Part shown: one piece after another, positions 55,606 through 64,000 of the stretch
Layout of the letters: each line of letters opens with the position of its first letter
Position numbering within the stretch: position 1 is the stretch's first letter
Assembly (NCBI GenBank): GCA_963708235.1
Contig: OY970200.1
Span: 395,146-459,145, forward strand
Direction: 5' to 3'
Source of the DNA: an uncultured Acidimicrobiia bacterium
GTDB lineage: Bacteria > Actinomycetota > Acidimicrobiia > Spongiisociales > UBA5794
Length of the DNA stretch: 64,000 nt
Translations under genes and position numbers: made by a program
The notes under the pieces: generated by a model
The model's input: the letters and a program-made list of their open reading frames with translations, nothing else
Database searches by the model: none
What the model was told of the DNA's origin: nothing

Positions 55606-58173
55606 CTACGGGACGTCGAGGTCCGATGACGGGGCAAGCGGCGTGGCGTCCGGCTCGGTGATGGTGCCGACATCGACCAGGCTGGCATGGAGATCGAAGG
55701 CGGCCTTGCGTTGCAGCCTGCGGTACTCCTCGACATGAACGGCGATCGCCGCCGCCACCTCGTCGCGCTCGGCGATGATGCGGTCGGTGACGGCGTCGAG
55801 GCGGTCCATCTCGTCGGTCCGGATCACGGCGGCTTCCTGACCCACCGACCGGGCGAAGTCCCTCACCTTGGGGCGGTACTCCAACGCCACGAACGGGGTC
55901 CCGGCGGCTGCGGCCATGATCGAGGCATGGAGCCGCTCGCCGATCACCACATCGGCCGACCCCAGCAGTCCCATGGTGGCGTCGAGGTCGGCGTATCCGG
56001 CGACATAGGGCATGTCGGCGGCGCCGGCCCGTCGCATCAGGTCGATGACCCAGCGGTCATCCTGGGGGAACGCCGACAACATCACGACCTCGCGTCCGTC
56101 GGCCCTGAGCCGGGCGATGGTCGTGGCCAGCGCATCGAACACCACATCGTCGCTGCCGCCGTGCAGGTTTCCCGTGGTGTACACCGGGCAGACCACGACC
56201 CGACCGTCGACCCGTTCCGTCCCTTCCGGTGCGAACAACGACAGCGCCGGATCCCCGATCACCGGCAGATCTCGGTGATAGCCCATGGTGCGGAGGTTGA
56301 CCACCGAATCGGGTCCACGCACGGCGGCGAACAGGGCACTGTCGATGAACCCGAACCACTCCTCCATCGGTTCGGTCACCCCCCAGTACTCCGGGCTGCG
56401 CACCCCGGTCCCGAACAGCGCACGTTCCACCACGGCGCTCTCCTGACGGAGCATCCGGTTCAGGTAATAGCGCCGGCCGTTGAGCAACGTGCCGCCACCC
56501 ACCATCACCAACCTGGGGTCGACCGGCTCGCGCTGCAGATCGGCCCACGGCATCAGCCGCTGGATGGCCAGCATCACCGCCTCGTCGCCGAGGTTGTCGT
56601 GGCCGGTGAATCCGACATACGCCACCGACAGCCGCTCGGCGCCGGCGGCGGCGACCGGATCGCCGGTGGTCGGGACACCGGTGGTTGCGGCATCGGCGGT
56701 CCGGTCATCGGACGAGCCGGTCCGGCGACGGAACTCCTTCACCATCGAACGTGCCAGTTCCCGAACTCCGAGTGCGGGGAGGTCCCCGAGACCGGGGCGT
56801 CGGGTCGGTGGCGGGCTGATGGCGGCGAAGCGCGGATCATCCAGGTCGACAAGGGAGGTGATGACCAGCGCCGGGACGCTCCGCTCCACCGTGGCGGCCC
56901 ACGCAGCGTGCGGTGCGGCCAGCAGGTCGGGGCGCTTCATCAGCTCGCGGCGGCGGGCGATGGCAAACAGCGGAAGTCCGTGAGGCCCGACCGCCGAGTC
57001 GACGGCGAGGAGGTCGTCGAGCCGGAGGTAGCGGTCACCCCCGATGCGGTAGGCGTGGCGCAACACCGCCACCTCGGGCTCGGTGTCCATACGATGGACC
57101 GCCTTGGCGAGAAGACCCACCGGCGGGGTCACCCGGGCGTCGAGGAACGCCACCAACTCCCCGGTGCTGGCGGCGAGCGCCTCGGCGAAGACATCCGGGC
57201 CCTCTCCGATCACCACGGAGAGCTTCGGGTTCGATGCGGCGACCGCGGTCAGATGACCCACCGCCTCGTCCCGTCCGTGAACGACCAGCTCGATGTCGCC
57301 GAACGGGCCCGCCGCAATGGCATCCCGAGCGGCATCGGCGGTCTCGGCGGTGGCGGCGGCGACGAGCCAGGAGACCTTCGGCACCGAAGCGAGCGGCGAG
57401 GAGAGCGGACGGGTTGCCGCATGGGGAATGCGGTCGGCGAGCACCCCGGCGAGACCGGGATCGTCCCCGGTGGTACCCGCTACCGCCGGGAGCGTGGCGG
57501 TAGCACTCCAATCGGGGACCACGAACGCCCCGTCGTTCCACAGTCGCCACCCCAGCATCGCATCGGTGCCCACCGCCAACCACGGAGTGAACCCGCCGGT
57601 GGGGTCGAAGCGACGACGGCGCACCGACATGTTGCTCGTCGGCAGCGTGAGGAACCCGGTGCCCCCGACCAGCAACAGTCGCGATCGCCGCTCGTTGCGG
57701 GACCGGTCGTCACCATCGCCGTCGGGGGTGGTGCCCGGGGTGTGGCCGGTCACCACGGTGTTGTCGGCACGTCGGTGCCAGGCGGTGTGCTGTTCGATGA
57801 AACCGGGATCCACGAGCGATCCGGCATCGAGAAAGATCAGGATCTCGCCGCCGGCCACGGCTGCGCCCAGATTGCGACGGGTGGCGACATCGTCGGAATC
57901 CGGGTCGACCGGAAGTACCGGCCAAGTTCCCGCACGGTCGGGGACGGGTCCGGCGGCGCCCACCGTCACGATCTCGACATCGCCTGGGTAGTGGTCGGCT
58001 CCGAGCGAGTCGAGTGTGGCGGTTGCGGCGCCGACGGCGACCCCCGACCCGACGGTCACCACCACGGTGACGGTCGGGGGCGGAGCGGGGTCACGATCGA
58101 GGATGCCGCGGTAGTCGTTGCCGGCTGCGTCCCAGGGAGCGGGTTCCCGGGGAGGGACATGGATTGTGCTCAT
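55606..58173 (-). CDS. Multidomain cell-wall glycan enzyme: GT2 glycosyltransferase + C-terminal polysaccharide pyruvyl transferase (CsaB-like)
   Basis: GGEILIFLDAGSLVDPGF (GT-A DxD region) N-terminally. C-terminal YVGFTGHDNLGDEAVMLAIQRL...GGGTLL resembles PS_pyruv_trans. Confidence 0.6.
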   Translation of the reverse strand: MSTIHVPPREPAPWDAAGNDYRGILDRDPAPPPTVTVVVTVGSGVAVGAATATLDSLGADHYPGDVEIVTVGAAGPVPDRAGTWPVLPVDPDSDDVATRRNLGAAVAGGEILIFLDAGSLVDPGFIEQHTAWHRRADNTVVTGHTPGTTPDGDGDDRSRNERRSRLLLVGGTGFLTLPTSNMSVRRRRFDPTGGFTPWLAVGTDAMLGWRLWNDGAFVVPDWSATATLPAVAGTTGDDPGLAGVLADRIPHAATRPLSSPLASVPKVSWLVAAATAETADAARDAIAAGPFGDIELVVHGRDEAVGHLTAVAASNPKLSVVIGEGPDVFAEALAASTGELVAFLDARVTPPVGLLAKAVHRMDTEPEVAVLRHAYRIGGDRYLRLDDLLAVDSAVGPHGLPLFAIARRRELMKRPDLLAAPHAAWAATVERSVPALVITSLVDLDDPRFAAISPPPTRRPGLGDLPALGVRELARSMVKEFRRRTGSSDDRTADAATTGVPTTGDPVAAAGAERLSVAYVGFTGHDNLGDEAVMLAIQRLMPWADLQREPVDPRLVMVGGGTLLNGRRYYLNRMLRQESAVVERALFGTGVRSPEYWGVTEPMEEWFGFIDSALFAAVRGPDSVVNLRTMGYHRDLPVIGDPALSLFAPEGTERVDGRVVVCPVYTTGNLHGGSDDVVFDALATTIARLRADGREVVMLSAFPQDDRWVIDLMRRAGAADMPYVAGYADLDATMGLLGSADVVIGERLHASIMAAAAGTPFVALEYRPKVRDFARSVGQEAAVIRTDEMDRLDAVTDRIIAERDEVAAAIAVHVEEYRRLQRKAAFDLHASLVDVGTITEPDATPLAPSSDLDVP

Positions 58174-58183
58174 CGGGAAATCC

Positions 58184-59944
58184 TCACGAGGCGAGGGGAT
58201 GGTCGGAGCGGCGCATACGGTATCCGATCCCCCCGAGGTCGGCGCGCAGCAGACCTGCGGAGATGGTGACGTCGGCGTCCGGGGCGACCTGGGCGAGGAT
58301 GTCGGTCACGGCGGCGATGTGCGGCTCGGTGGCATAGACATAGCCGCGTGCGGAGGCCACCGCCTGTGCCAGGGCCCCGGTGGCGCCGGGGCCGAAGGCC
58401 ACCGCATCGAAGGACCGGGGACGGAGCCGGTCGGGATCGGGTTCCCGGATCACCCGGTCGTCCAGTCCGAGCGGATCGGTGACCCCGAACACCGCCACCT
58501 CCTGAACCTCGACATCGCGGTCGATCAGGGCGCCCAGTGCGGTGTGCGGCCCCCCAGGTGGTGCGGTGACAGGGGTGGGGTCGGTGGCGGCGGCGATCGC
58601 CAACAGTTCGTCGACCCGGTGGTCGTACGTGTGATGGTCGGCGACGTGGCGGTACGCCGCCGCCGCCACGCCGGCGCTGGAACCCGAGACGAGGAGGTCC
58701 TCGACCTGGCCGGCGACGTCGTCTCCGAGCGGCGCATAGTGGTCGTGGCGACGCAGCAGCACCTCGGTACCGGGGAGATCTTCGGTGAGGAGCAGCGCCC
58801 CGGCGCCGATCGCCTCGAACACCCGCATCGTGATCGGGAAGTGCTTGGTGCCCCCGTCGTTCACCACGATCCGGCTGTCGCCGTAGAGGGCGAGCATCTC
58901 CTCGGGGGGAACCCCGTAGGCGAACGTGGTGCGCCCCGGGAGGCTCGCTTCCAGATCCTCGATGATGCGGCGACGACGGTCGTACCGGCTCCCGGCGCCA
59001 CCGACCCCGGCACCCACCATGGCCACTTCGTGGGTGCGGTCCTCCCAGGGTTTCGGATCGTTGAACATCTCGGGGGCGACGGCGAAGGGGAATCGATGGA
59101 CCGGGAGCGGGAACCGGTGGGCCAGATGCCAACTGTGCGCCAGCAGCACCGCATGTGCCCCGTACCGGCGGGCGAGCCGGAGATTGGTGGGGAGGTGATG
59201 TTCCCCGTGGTGGACCCACCACAACACCGGGACCCCCGGATTCTGTCCCACCACCTCGAGAGCCGGGTAGGGGCTCTCCACGATCACGAGGGCGGCGGTT
59301 CCCGCCGAGATCCGGTTCCAGTCGAGCACACCGTCGAGCACGGTGACGTCGGCTCCGGATCGGCGCAACGCCGCCTCCAGATAGCGACCGGGATTGGTGG
59401 GGGTCACCCGGTAGGCAATGGCGACCTGGACCCCCTGATGCCGACCGGGTTCGGGATGTGACGGGGGCCGGTGGTCGCCGGGGAGGTGGAACGGCGCCGA
59501 CGATCCATCCGGAGATGCTCCCCACCGTGCCGAGCCCGGTGCCAGGGCGACCAGATCGCGGGCGGCCACGGCGGCGGGGATCTGCCATTCGGGACGTCTG
59601 ACGATCGGTGCGTCGACCGTGGTCACCAGGTCGAGGTCGTCGAACCCGACCGGGTAGACGACGTCGGGGGTCGAGGCGGCAACCGCACGCCGCAGCATCC
59701 GGGTGAACACCTGGCTGCGGACCTTGGGCGGTTGCAGGCGACGCAGCATTCGACCGACGGCGCCGCGTCCCTGCGGCACCCGGGACGGGATCGTGACCAG
59801 CTCGGCGTCGTCGGGGAAGCCGGGTTCGGCAGCCCCGCCGCAGACCACGGTGACGCGGTGGCCGGCGCCGAGCAGCGAGACGACAAGAGCCCGGGCCCTG
59901 GGGTCCCGCGTGAGATTGCGGCGCGAGACGACGCAGATGCGCAT
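58184..59944 (-). CDS. Putative two-domain glycosyltransferase (GT4-like N-domain + CgeB/GT1-like C-domain)
   Basis: MRICVVSRRNL..ALVVSLLGAGHRVTVV N-terminus. C-terminal ..RVFEAIGAGALLLTED... Weak assignment. Confidence 0.4.
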   Translation of the reverse strand: MRICVVSRRNLTRDPRARALVVSLLGAGHRVTVVCGGAAEPGFPDDAELVTIPSRVPQGRGAVGRMLRRLQPPKVRSQVFTRMLRRAVAASTPDVVYPVGFDDLDLVTTVDAPIVRRPEWQIPAAVAARDLVALAPGSARWGASPDGSSAPFHLPGDHRPPSHPEPGRHQGVQVAIAYRVTPTNPGRYLEAALRRSGADVTVLDGVLDWNRISAGTAALVIVESPYPALEVVGQNPGVPVLWWVHHGEHHLPTNLRLARRYGAHAVLLAHSWHLAHRFPLPVHRFPFAVAPEMFNDPKPWEDRTHEVAMVGAGVGGAGSRYDRRRRIIEDLEASLPGRTTFAYGVPPEEMLALYGDSRIVVNDGGTKHFPITMRVFEAIGAGALLLTEDLPGTEVLLRRHDHYAPLGDDVAGQVEDLLVSGSSAGVAAAAYRHVADHHTYDHRVDELLAIAAATDPTPVTAPPGGPHTALGALIDRDVEVQEVAVFGVTDPLGLDDRVIREPDPDRLRPRSFDAVAFGPGATGALAQAVASARGYVYATEPHIAAVTDILAQVAPDADVTISAGLLRADLGGIGYRMRRSDHPLAS

Positions 59945-59974
59945 GGCCCGAGATGGTAGTGGCGGAGCGCCCGG

Positions 59975-61237
59975 TCAACCGATGTGGTCGGTGAGCAGGT
60001 TCATCCAGGTGGCGGCGACATCGTCGAAGGCGTAGCGGGACACGACCTGTCGCTGTGCCCGGGCGGCGGCCGCCGCCCAGCTGACGGCGGAGCTGTTGAT
60101 CTCGAGGATGCGTTCCGCCATCTCCGGGGCGGTGCCACTGAGCCACTCGTCGGCGTAGATGGCGTCGGCGCCGGGCCACGACCTCACCATCGGGACCGCA
60201 CCCGATGCGGCGCCCTCGGCCGGCGCCAGGTGGAAACTCTCGTCGTCCGAGGTCGACAGGACGAACCCGATGCTCCGCAGCCACGCCGCCACATCCGGAC
60301 CCGGGGCGTCGAACACCACCGCTTCACCCAGCAGCCGCTCCTCGTCGAGACGGCGACGGATGGCGGCGAAGTAGTCCTGTTCGGCGGGGCGGTCCTCCAC
60401 CCACTTCAACCCCCACGGCAGCGCACCCTTGAGGAACAGACGGTATCTGGGATCCGCCTGCCGCAGCTCGGTCAGGGTGTCCAACGCCAGGTCGAGTCGC
60501 TTGCGCGAGGAGGCGATCCCCAGCATCCCGAGATGGAACCGGGCGTCGGGATGTTTGGCCCGCGCCAGTTGGAGGTCGTCGACGAAGTTCGGGATCACCC
60601 GGACCTTCCCTGCGGGCCAGCCTGTCACCCGGAGGATCTCGTCGCGATAGTGCGGGCCGACCGCCACCACCACGTCCACGGCGTCGATGTCGATGTCGCG
60701 CCATTCCGGGTGGGTCAGTTCCATCCGGTGGAGACGGACCACGAGTCGCTGGTCGGGCCGTTTGGTGCGGCTGGCGAGAACCGCATTCGGTCCCGCCCAT
60801 TCGCAGACCACGATGTCCGCCCACTCCAGTGTCCCGGCGGTGGTCGCCTCGTCGTGGGCACGGAAGCGGGGCCACTCGTCGACCTTCACCTCGAAGCGTC
60901 CCGAATGCCGCCACCGCGTCACCAGGGGGTTGATGAACTTGAGGTCGGTTCCGACAACCGCCAACCGGTGCGGCGGACCGGTCACTCCCGGGTCGGGGCG
61001 GAGCCGGGCGAGCAGTTGCAGCGGGGACTCGCCGGCAACGGTCTTGCCCGCCGCAGCGTGGATCCGTTGCTCGAGGTCACCGCGTTCCTCCTCGGTGGCG
61101 CACACCACCAACTCTGCGTCGGCAACCGCATCGGCGTCGGGGTCCTCGATCCGGCGTGGCGTCAGTTCCATCGCCCGCAACATGTGGACCAGCCCCGCGG
61201 AGACATCGCCACAGATCAGAACCGGGCGCAGCATCAC
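59975..61237 (-). CDS. GT4 (group 1) glycosyltransferase
   Basis: EX7E region ESFHLAPAEGAASGAVPMV. Confidence 0.6.
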   Translation of the reverse strand: MMLRPVLICGDVSAGLVHMLRAMELTPRRIEDPDADAVADAELVVCATEEERGDLEQRIHAAAGKTVAGESPLQLLARLRPDPGVTGPPHRLAVVGTDLKFINPLVTRWRHSGRFEVKVDEWPRFRAHDEATTAGTLEWADIVVCEWAGPNAVLASRTKRPDQRLVVRLHRMELTHPEWRDIDIDAVDVVVAVGPHYRDEILRVTGWPAGKVRVIPNFVDDLQLARAKHPDARFHLGMLGIASSRKRLDLALDTLTELRQADPRYRLFLKGALPWGLKWVEDRPAEQDYFAAIRRRLDEERLLGEAVVFDAPGPDVAAWLRSIGFVLSTSDDESFHLAPAEGAASGAVPMVRSWPGADAIYADEWLSGTAPEMAERILEINSSAVSWAAAAARAQRQVVSRYAFDDVAATWMNLLTDHIG

Positions 61238-62139
61238 GGAACCGGTTTCCGAACCGGCCCCGCGGTGACGGAGTCGGGTGCGACCAGTTCGAGACCGGTC
61301 AGTGTGGCCAGTGCGGTGCGGATGTCATCCCACGACCTCGGCTCGGGGGCGTCGGCACCGCTCACCACAACCCCCGAAGCGGTTGCTTCGGTGGCGAGAT
61401 GGCGCATCGTCGGCGAGTCCGGGGCGTCGATCGTCAACTCACCGGCGGTGCGGAGTGCCGCTGCCAGCCGGTGGGGGTGGAGCAGCAACGGCTGGCCGAT
61501 CACCGCATCGCCGGTCAGCGGTTCGACCGAGACGATCCGTGCGGCGGTCGGTGACGGTCCCGGTGTGGGGGCGAACAGGGTGGTGTCGATGCCGTGGGGG
61601 AGGTGCTGCGCCGACGACCACTCGCAACCGGGAGCGGCGACGATGTGGTCGCAGGAGGCGGCGATGCGCTCCAGGTCGGAGGTCGGGGCCACCACATCCC
61701 AACGGAACACCGTGACCACGCCGGCGGTGCCCAGCTCGTCGACGATCCGCATCACCAGTTCCGTCACCGCCCACCGGCCCCCACCCATTCCCGCCCACAC
61801 CGAACCGGCGTCTCCGGCGGAGGCGTCGATCACCAGCACGCGGGCCCCGCCAGGGAGTCCCGACACCCGGTTGGGGTGGAGTGCGGTGATCCAGCTCGGA
61901 ACCCGCACCGCATGGAAACCCGAAGTGATGGTCACCACCGGGGTGGTCGGTGGGTCCTGGCCGGAGAGTTGCGGGACCGGCAGGTCGTCCCACGAGGGAA
62001 CGGACCCGGTGGGTCGGTCGTCGACCGGGTCCGGTGGGGGTGGCTCGACGGGTCCGGGGGCCGTCTCCCCGATGGTCTCCGGCTCGGACCGGCGCCGTCG
62101 CAGCAGCCGATCGATGCGGGACCGCTCACGGCGTGACAT
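61234..62139 (-). CDS. Hypothetical protein in the glycosyltransferase cluster
   Basis: Start at internal Met MSRRERSRIDRL (ATG 62139) to avoid a 200-bp overlap. Pro-rich N-terminal region. Confidence 0.3.
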   Translation of the reverse strand: MSRRERSRIDRLLRRRRSEPETIGETAPGPVEPPPPDPVDDRPTGSVPSWDDLPVPQLSGQDPPTTPVVTITSGFHAVRVPSWITALHPNRVSGLPGGARVLVIDASAGDAGSVWAGMGGGRWAVTELVMRIVDELGTAGVVTVFRWDVVAPTSDLERIAASCDHIVAAPGCEWSSAQHLPHGIDTTLFAPTPGPSPTAARIVSVEPLTGDAVIGQPLLLHPHRLAAALRTAGELTIDAPDSPTMRHLATEATASGVVVSGADAPEPRSWDDIRTALATLTGLELVAPDSVTAGPVRKPVP

Positions 62140-63922
62140 CGGCGACCTCGGAACGTTCGGGGTGGAATCCGCTCCAGGCATCGTCGGAACCGGCGAGGAA
62201 GACGGCGTCGTCGGCCTCCCAGGTGTGGCCGGCGGGGCGACGGACATAACAGAACTCCCATCGACTTCCGGCATACACGGCGGCGTCGGTCCGGCGTGCC
62301 GCACGCAGGAACCCGGTGTCGACATGACGGGGCCGGTGGGGGAACCCGACCCGGTCCCACACGTGGCGGGCGAAGACCAGTGTCGCTCCGTTCGGGGAGC
62401 CGTCGATCAGCATCTCCTCCTGACCGGGCCGGCGCAGCACGGTGCGGTCCCGGCCGGCCAGATAGGTGAACTGGGTGCCCTTGCCGACGATCTCGGCGCC
62501 CGAATAGGTCATGGCGTGGACGCTGTCCTCGAGGTGCGCCGGACCGTAGTGGTCGTCGTCGTCGATCTTGGCGAGGACTGGCGCCGACGTCGCCGCCGCC
62601 GCCAGATTGAGACATTCGCCGAGCGACCGGGAGCGGTCGAACTCGAGCACGGTGACCGGGATCTCGGCGCGGTCGATGGCATCGGTTATCGAGGCGTCGC
62701 GGCGAGCGCCGTGGATCCCGACCACCAGTTCGGTGAGCGGGTAGGTCTGGTGGAGAAACCCGGTGATGGCGCCGGGGAGGTCCTCGGGGCGGTGCGATAC
62801 GAGCAGACCGGCGACCCTGGGGAGCGCTGCCGGCGCCGTGAGCCCCATCAGGTCGAGAACCTGGGCGGCCCGCACCCACGGCGCATGATGACGGTAGGCC
62901 CACCGACGCGCCGCCACCGAGTCGGCCGAAGCGTCACGACCCGCCGGAGGGGGTCCGATGGGGACACCCGAGGCGGCGAGCTCGATCATCCAGAGCGGCG
63001 GCCCGGTCGAATGCCCGTCGGCGCGATCCACCCGGATCGGCTGACCGCCGGCCAGCACCACGGTGGCGCCGTCCCGGTGGTCCTCGTCGGTAGCAGGTCC
63101 AGGGGTCCACGGACCGGAGGGTCGGTGGGTGGCGGGGTCGAAACAACCCGGGAGGAGGTGTCCGCCAGACGCTGCGGCGTTCGAGACGTCGGTGGTCGCC
63201 AGAACATCGGTCGGAGACATCAGTGCGGCGACCTCGCCGAGGTCGGCGTCGCCGGTCCACACCAGCAGCCGCTGCCGTCCCGGTTCGGCGGTCCACGATG
63301 CGAACCGGTCCCGGACCGTCCGGTCCAGGTGGTGAAACGTGGTCGGGTCGATGATCACCAGGTCGGCCTCGTCGAGATCGCCGGCGGTGGCGGCAGCCAG
63401 ATCGACCGTGTCGAACGATGACGCCGCGCGGCTGATCCCCGGGTCGTCCACCGCCACGACGGCACGGATCGAGGTGATGTCCGGACCCCCGTGGCGGGCG
63501 GAGACCGTCTGCGGCGCCGGGGTCGTCTCGGGCGGGGTCGTCTCGGGCGGGGTCGTCTCGGGCGGGGTCGTCTCAGACTGGGCGTCGGCGGTCACCGGGG
63601 TCGCAGATGCGGGCTTTCGGGGCGTCACCGGTGGGGGTGCGGGCGTGCCGGGCTTCCCGGATCGGAGGGCGGCGCGGACCTTGTCGACAAAAGTCCGTTG
63701 CGCCGCCTCGGCGGTGCGGGCTGCCTGCTCGGCCCGGATGCGTTCGATGCGTTCGCTGCGGCGTTCGGCGCGATCCCTCCACACCTCGATGCGCTCCAGG
63801 AGTTCCTCGATGCGGATCTCGGCACGGCGCCGTCGCACCCGCTCGTCGCGCAGTGCTTGTTCGAGTTGGGCCTGTTCCGGCGGCGTCGGTTCCGGCGGGA
63901 TCGGTCGGTCGGGATCGTCCAT
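62126..63922 (-). CDS. GT2 glycosyltransferase with N-terminal coiled-coil and a TPPE-repeat linker
   Basis: KIDDDDHYGP (DxD) in the C-terminal half. N-terminal ERVRRRRAEIRIEELLERIEVWRDRAERR coiled coil. 15-bp x4 tandem repeat at 63519..63578 encodes TPPETTPPETTPPETT. Confidence 0.5.
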   Translation of the reverse strand: MDDPDRPIPPEPTPPEQAQLEQALRDERVRRRRAEIRIEELLERIEVWRDRAERRSERIERIRAEQAARTAEAAQRTFVDKVRAALRSGKPGTPAPPPVTPRKPASATPVTADAQSETTPPETTPPETTPPETTPAPQTVSARHGGPDITSIRAVVAVDDPGISRAASSFDTVDLAAATAGDLDEADLVIIDPTTFHHLDRTVRDRFASWTAEPGRQRLLVWTGDADLGEVAALMSPTDVLATTDVSNAAASGGHLLPGCFDPATHRPSGPWTPGPATDEDHRDGATVVLAGGQPIRVDRADGHSTGPPLWMIELAASGVPIGPPPAGRDASADSVAARRWAYRHHAPWVRAAQVLDLMGLTAPAALPRVAGLLVSHRPEDLPGAITGFLHQTYPLTELVVGIHGARRDASITDAIDRAEIPVTVLEFDRSRSLGECLNLAAAATSAPVLAKIDDDDHYGPAHLEDSVHAMTYSGAEIVGKGTQFTYLAGRDRTVLRRPGQEEMLIDGSPNGATLVFARHVWDRVGFPHRPRHVDTGFLRAARRTDAAVYAGSRWEFCYVRRPAGHTWEADDAVFLAGSDDAWSGFHPERSEVADVTP

Positions 63923-64000
63923 CGTCGCCCACGGTACCGGCTCGTCCGCAGCCGTGGTTCGGCATTGGCCGGCCGCCGGCGGTCGAACCGCCTGGCGTCG

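Overview
High-GC (~70%) actinobacterial-type chromosomal segment with tight gene packing, many 4-bp ATGA/GTGA start-stop overlaps and long spurious antisense ORFs. Recognisable core: a complete myo-inositol catabolic island (iolG-iolE-like-ABC importer-iolC-aldolase-iolB on the minus strand, divergent iolD-lacI-iolA on the plus strand, 15.5-28.7 kb); a ggt / NhaP antiporter / ChaB / CydDC-like exporter block (29.7-39.7 kb); PhzF; an ArsR gene flanked by two SRPBCC genes; a HelZ-like SNF2 helicase with SWIM partner; B12-dependent nrdJ with tandem NrdR boxes; and a cell-wall glycosyltransferase/pyruvyltransferase cluster (55.6-63.9 kb). Accessory or unexplained content: (i) a translationally coupled operon of two giant ORFs (1268 and 1524 aa) with no recognisable domains, followed by an SLH-anchored beta-lactamase-family hydrolase (1.2-11 kb), which is my best candidate for an undescribed system; (ii) two orphan contractile-injection tube proteins from different families, an Hcp-like gene at 41.4 kb and a T4 gp19/eCIS Afp1-like gene at 55.1 kb, neither with sheath, baseplate or ATPase genes nearby; (iii) a lower-GC HExxH toxin-like gene and a DUF222-HNH (REP13E12-like) gene next to the Hcp-like gene; (iv) an IS110 transposase remnant with 186-bp tandem duplications, a dispersed repeat present in two copies bracketing the 10-kb ggt-to-ABC block, and an ~18-copy 26/27-bp tandem array in front of an ABC gene; (v) two frameshifted genes (ggt, with a pinpointed 1-nt deletion, and a hypothetical gene at 11-12 kb). 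No rRNA, tRNA or CRISPR was detected.
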